A stretch of 64,000 nt of DNA from Anaerolineae bacterium (GTDB lineage: Bacteria > Chloroflexota > Anaerolineae > B4-G1 > SLSP01): NCBI GenBank assembly GCA_016931315.1, contig JAFGFB010000199.1, forward strand, positions 882 through 64,881, written 5' to 3'. The position numbers and the translations under genes were made by a program. Below the pieces are notes generated by a model. It was not told the origin of the DNA. It saw nothing but the letters and a program-made list of their open reading frames with translations, and did no database searches. Shown here piece after piece: positions 60,170 to 64,000 of the stretch; the first letter of the stretch is position 1; every line of letters begins with the position of its first letter.

Positions 60170-61072
60170 TTACCCCTTGATGCTACCACCAATCTGTACC
60201 CCTTCGATGAAGTAGTTTTGGAAGAGGACAAAAATGATGAGCACCGGGATAATGACAACCAGGCTCGCCGCCATAAGCCAGTTCCAGGCAGGGGCGCCTC
60301 CAGCGGCATGTTCGAACTGTCGCAGACCGATTTGCAGGGTATACAGCCGCTCACTTTGTAGATAAATTAGCGGTCCCATGAAGTCCTGCCATGCGCCCTG
60401 GAACGTGAAGATGGCGACTGCGGCAACTGCGGGCTTTGCCAGGGGCATAATGATGCTCCACCAAATGCGCAGTTCGGATGCACCATCAATCTTTGCGGCT
60501 TCTGAAAGTTCCATGGGGATCGAGCGGATAAATTGGCGCAGCAGGAAGATGTAGAAGGAGCTGCCGGTAAAGGCTGGTATTGTGAGGGGCAGAAAGGTGT
60601 TGATCCAGTTCCTTGAGCCTTGAAAGCCGAATGCCGGAATCTTGGCAAAAATGATAAAACGCGGAATCATCGTCACCACATCGGGTAGCATCATCGTGGC
60701 CAGCACCAAGCTGAAGAGCCAATCGCGCCCTCGCCAGCGGAGGCGCGCAAAAGCATAAGCAACGAGGGTGGAAGAGAGCACTGTGCCTATGACGCTGACG
60801 AGCGTGATGATGACTGTGTTCATGGTCCATTGTTCCCACATCCCGTAGCTAAAGGCGTAGGTGAAGTTCTCCCATGCCAGGCGTGTGGGGATCCAGCTCT
60901 TGTTCATCAAATCGGTGGGGTCTTTGAGGGAGGTTGAGAGCATCCAGATAAAGGGCACCAACCATAGGATAGCGATGCCTACCAGTACTAACCAGGCAAG
61001 TACACGCCCCGCGCGTCTCACGGTTGCCTGGATTTTGGACCGACGTTCTGTTGGGAGTGTTATTGCGGTCAT
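60170..61072 (-). CDS. Carbohydrate ABC transporter permease (MalG-like)
   Basis: Six TM helices and the EAA loop (ELSEAAKIDGASELRIWWSIIMPLAKP). Confidence 0.9.
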   Translation of the reverse strand: MTAITLPTERRSKIQATVRRAGRVLAWLVLVGIAILWLVPFIWMLSTSLKDPTDLMNKSWIPTRLAWENFTYAFSYGMWEQWTMNTVIITLVSVIGTVLSSTLVAYAFARLRWRGRDWLFSLVLATMMLPDVVTMIPRFIIFAKIPAFGFQGSRNWINTFLPLTIPAFTGSSFYIFLLRQFIRSIPMELSEAAKIDGASELRIWWSIIMPLAKPAVAAVAIFTFQGAWQDFMGPLIYLQSERLYTLQIGLRQFEHAAGGAPAWNWLMAASLVVIIPVLIIFVLFQNYFIEGVQIGGSIKG

Positions 61073-61081
61073 GTGTTTCTC

Positions 61082-62056
61082 CTACTGGCGATCCCCAGAC
61101 TCATAATAGACCCAGCGCTTCGCCAGCCACAGCTGGAAGAGTGTGATTGCCAGGATAATGATGAACAGAATCCATGCCAGCGCCGCGGCGTAGCCCATTT
61201 GGAAACCTGCCGGTCCAGATTTGCCGAAGGCGCGGTTGTAGAGATAGAGGACATAGAACAACATGGATTGCCCCGGCCCCCCATCCACGGTGGTGCCGGA
61301 GAGAATATAGGCTGTGGTGAAAATCTGAAAAGTGCCGATGATGCTGGTCACAACCTGGAAGAAGATGGTGGGAGAAAGCAGCGGCAGTGTGATGTGGCGC
61401 GTCTTTGCCCAACCGCGTGCGCCATCAATGGTGGCAGCCTCGTAGAGCTCCTTAGGAATCCCTTTAAGCCCGGCCAGATAGATCAGAATGTTGCTGCCAA
61501 TCCACCACATTCCCATGACCACCATGCCGGGCTTCGTCCATAGGGGGTCTACAAACCAGCCCGGCCCCTTGATGCCAAAGAGTGCTAGTGCCTGGTTGAA
61601 AAGCCCATTGGGTCGCAGAATCCACTGCCAGAGGAAGACCGCTGCTACACCTGAAAGCACGTTGGGCAAATAGATCACTGTGCGGAAGAAGCGCCCGCCC
61701 GGAAGATCGAGCGACAGCATTAACGCGATGCCGATCGAGACGACAGTGACAATAGGGATTTTGACTACTACCATCCAGAAGGTATTCGAGAGCGAGGTGT
61801 AGAACCGTTCATCCTGGAAAATCTCCTGAAAGTTCTGCAAACCGGCCCAAACTGGTGTAGTGGTGATGTTGTAGCGCGTGAAGCTGGTATAAAGCGAAAA
61901 GAGCATTGGCCCAACCGTGAAAAGCAGAAAGCCAAGAATCCATGGCAGCGCAAAGAGCCAGCCTGTGAAGGCTTCTTTGCGGGCCGGTGTGGCAGGCAGG
62001 CGTACACGCCGGTTACTGTTGATCCTTGGCGCAGCTTCGAGTTGTAGGTGTGTCAT
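61082..62056 (-). CDS. Carbohydrate ABC transporter permease (MalF-like)
   Basis: Polytopic with the EAA motif region (LYEAATIDGARGWAKTRHITLPLL). Confidence 0.9.
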   Translation of the reverse strand: MTHLQLEAAPRINSNRRVRLPATPARKEAFTGWLFALPWILGFLLFTVGPMLFSLYTSFTRYNITTTPVWAGLQNFQEIFQDERFYTSLSNTFWMVVVKIPIVTVVSIGIALMLSLDLPGGRFFRTVIYLPNVLSGVAAVFLWQWILRPNGLFNQALALFGIKGPGWFVDPLWTKPGMVVMGMWWIGSNILIYLAGLKGIPKELYEAATIDGARGWAKTRHITLPLLSPTIFFQVVTSIIGTFQIFTTAYILSGTTVDGGPGQSMLFYVLYLYNRAFGKSGPAGFQMGYAAALAWILFIIILAITLFQLWLAKRWVYYESGDRQ

Positions 62057-62173
62057 GCGACCCCCTTATTGTCCGAAGGTGTCCTTTTGAAAAGGTCTTT
62101 CTTAAAAACAGGGGAGAGGGCGGTTGCCATCTCCCCTGTCATATCGGCTACGGAGCAGAGTGCTGGTTGTGAG

Positions 62174-63634
62174 CTATTTATTCTTGGCGATTGTCTCGTC
62201 AATGGCAGCCTGAGCTTCTTGCAAAGCTGTGGCGGGATCAAGCTCGCCGAGCCAGACCTTCTCATAACGCGGGCCAAGCTGCTCGGTCCAGTTAGAATAA
62301 CCAGGCACATAGACTGTTCCCTGGCTCCACTCCATATTCTCCATAATCGCTTTCCAGTACGGGTCAGCCATCAACACCGGGTCGTAAGCGGCATTCTTGT
62401 TGGTGGGGAGGGCATAGGTGTCGCGCGTCCAGGAGATTTGTGCCTCGGGGCCCGACATGCACTTGATGAATTCCCAAGCAGCCTCGGGGTTACGGGCGCC
62501 CTTTGGAATAGAAAGCGCAAAACCACCGCTCCAATCGGCCTTGACCTCTTTGTAGGGGATGAAGCTGATTCCCCATTCCATGCGCGGGCGACTGCCATCT
62601 GCAAGGACCGCGTACGGGCGATAGAAGCTGAGTTGGGAGTGATAACCGGCAACATCAATGAGCATAGCCGTGCCGTTTGCCATGAAGATATCGTTGGGGG
62701 CAGCGCCGAATTGCGCCTTGAAGTTTTGCACGTTCTGATAGCCGCCGTAGCGATCCACCCAGGTTTTAATCCAGGTGAGCGTTTCCACGAATTTTGGATC
62801 ATTTACCACGGGCGCGCCATCCTGCACGAGCGTATGACCAGTGGTGTAGGTCCAGAAGTCGGGGCCAATGTTCCACAGCGGGAAGAAACCGATGCGCTGG
62901 TAGGTGCCGTCTTCATTCTTCACATCGAGTTTGTCGGCGTATTCCAATAGTTCATCCCAGGTCTCTGGAGGACGGTTGGGGTCCAACCCGGCTTCCTGGA
63001 AGAGTTGCTTGTTCCAGAACAACACGCGCAGATCGGTCTCAAAGGGGATACCATAGACCTCGCCCTCATAGGTGGCCTCTTCCCAGGTGAAGGGCCAGAA
63101 TTGGCTGGAATCCATACCGTCACGCTCGATGAAGGGTTGCAGGCTCGTCGCGACTTCATCGCGGGCGCGCTGCGGGAGCATCGGGCGATCTTCAACGATG
63201 ACATCCGGCATTCCCGAACCGGCGGCGACAGCGGCGATGTTAGCCGTCCAGATATCACCCCAGGGCTTGAAGACCTCGGTCATCTTGATGTTGGGTAGTT
63301 TTTGCTGGCAAATTGCCACGGCGCGCTGAATGGCGGCGCGACGCACAGGTGAACCCCAGAAATGCCAGAATTCCACCTCGCCACTGACCTCGGTGTTCAG
63401 TGGGGCGGCGACGCCCATCTGGCTGGGATCCATCGGTACTTCGACCTCAACCGTCACTTCTTTGACCACCTCGACTTCGCGGGTTACCTCAACTTCCTTA
63501 GTGACTTCGACGGTCTGGATAATTACCTCCGGGGTAGGCGTAGCACATGAAGCCAACACTGAAGCAATGATGATCAGAATCGCAATCGTACTCCACAAAC
63601 GAGTCGCTTTGAGGGTATTCATTTTCTCCTCCAT
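62174..63634 (-). CDS. Extracellular solute-binding protein (family 1) for the sugar ABC transporter, with N-terminal anchor and EV-repeat linker
   Basis: N-terminal hydrophobic anchor followed by the low-complexity linker EVTKEVEVTREVEVVKEVTVEVEV, then an SBP_bac_1 fold (EFWHFWGSP...). Confidence 0.9.
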   Translation of the reverse strand: MEEKMNTLKATRLWSTIAILIIIASVLASCATPTPEVIIQTVEVTKEVEVTREVEVVKEVTVEVEVPMDPSQMGVAAPLNTEVSGEVEFWHFWGSPVRRAAIQRAVAICQQKLPNIKMTEVFKPWGDIWTANIAAVAAGSGMPDVIVEDRPMLPQRARDEVATSLQPFIERDGMDSSQFWPFTWEEATYEGEVYGIPFETDLRVLFWNKQLFQEAGLDPNRPPETWDELLEYADKLDVKNEDGTYQRIGFFPLWNIGPDFWTYTTGHTLVQDGAPVVNDPKFVETLTWIKTWVDRYGGYQNVQNFKAQFGAAPNDIFMANGTAMLIDVAGYHSQLSFYRPYAVLADGSRPRMEWGISFIPYKEVKADWSGGFALSIPKGARNPEAAWEFIKCMSGPEAQISWTRDTYALPTNKNAAYDPVLMADPYWKAIMENMEWSQGTVYVPGYSNWTEQLGPRYEKVWLGELDPATALQEAQAAIDETIAKNK

Positions 63635-63825
63635 GATTTGAAATGGGATACACTAACGACACTTGGGGTTATACCTGGCATTCGTTTCCGTTGAGTTGAT
63701 CCTCCTCATTCTACTAAAGCGCCGTCTGAGCAACTCACGTTTGAGATTTGGCGTGACGATGCGCCTTTGGATAATGAATCTTCTGTACTCGAGTAAACTT
63801 GCACAATTGCACTCACAAACACCCT

Positions 63826-63854
63826 TATTATAGCATTGTAAACGAGCGATGTCA
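63826..63854 (-). promoter_or_regulatory. Perfect-consensus sigma-70 promoter (TTGACA-17-TATAAT) on the minus strand driving the ABC sugar-transporter operon
   Basis: Minus-strand read TTGACATCGCTCGTTTACAATGCTATAAT: -35 at plus 63849-63854 and -10 at plus 63826-63831. About 185-nt leader to the SBP start. Confidence 0.55.
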
Positions 63855-63903
63855 AGCATCAAAATGCTTAAAAACTCATAAACGCCATATTCGAGTATAT
63901 AAG

Positions 63904-63932
63904 TTGACAAACGCGCAAAAACGCGCTATAAT
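63904..63932 (+). promoter_or_regulatory. Perfect-consensus sigma-70 promoter (TTGACA-17-TATAAT) on the plus strand, divergent from the ABC-operon promoter, transcribing out of the window
   Basis: TTGACA at 63904-63909 and TATAAT at 63927-63932, exact 17-bp spacer, flanked by AT-rich UP-like sequence. Confidence 0.5.
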
Positions 63933-64000
63933 AGGGGTAATTGAGACGCATTTTTCCGAAGGCGTGATTGATTACCGGTGTGCCCGACCAGTGAGAGGGT

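Noticed and set aside
63409-63520. Repetitive DNA that superficially resembles a short CRISPR-like array
   Set aside because: The repeats are contiguous codon-level repeats inside a continuous ORF (EV-rich linker of the SBP) without spacers. No cas genes are present in the window.

Overview
The window is a high-GC (~60%) bacterial chromosomal segment with Chloroflexi-like gene content and no detectable mobile elements, CRISPR arrays, rRNA or tRNA genes. It has three functional blocks.

(1) Positions 1-5500 hold housekeeping and secreted genes: a GH1 beta-glucosidase, queA, a secreted CAP-domain protein and a polytopic transporter.

(2) Positions 5579-19489 form a tightly packed, same-strand array of nine genes that looks like one cAMP-signalling supra-operon, nearly all gaps under 70 bp or overlapping. 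In order it encodes a KamA-family radical-SAM aminomutase, a TM-HAMP sensor, a MinD/ParA-type ATPase translationally coupled to a zinc-ribbon protein, a winged-helix protein, a PrsW-family intramembrane protease, a giant tandem class-III cyclase/STAND-ATPase/TPR protein, a cNMP-binding protein, and a second giant cyclase/STAND/TPR protein with an N-terminal double zinc ribbon. The sensor and the cNMP-binding protein share a roughly 90-residue C-terminal module (HAMP-like segment, coiled coil, then an 'EEITGSDYF' motif) that I cannot place in a described domain family. This shared module and the supra-operon are the lead.

(3) After a stand-alone rpoC (strong promoter, palindromic leader, clean terminator) and an ECF sigma / anti-sigma / SDR / bactofilin-like membrane protein module, the rest is sugar metabolism. 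It carries pgm on the minus strand and an ADP-ribosylglycohydrolase/GNAT cluster. A large glycan (mannoside/glucoside) utilisation locus follows: two GH38 alpha-mannosidases, a GH2 beta-mannosidase-like enzyme, GH5, two GH3, GH13_18 phosphorylase-like, class II FBA, ROK and FGGY kinases, a SIS isomerase, an OtnK/OtnC-like kinase/aldolase pair, a UroD-family protein, a tandem-MBL hydrolase, an Asp/Glu racemase-family enzyme and a three-gene ABC sugar importer. A perfect-consensus sigma-70 promoter drives the ABC operon, and a divergent perfect-consensus promoter points out of the window end.
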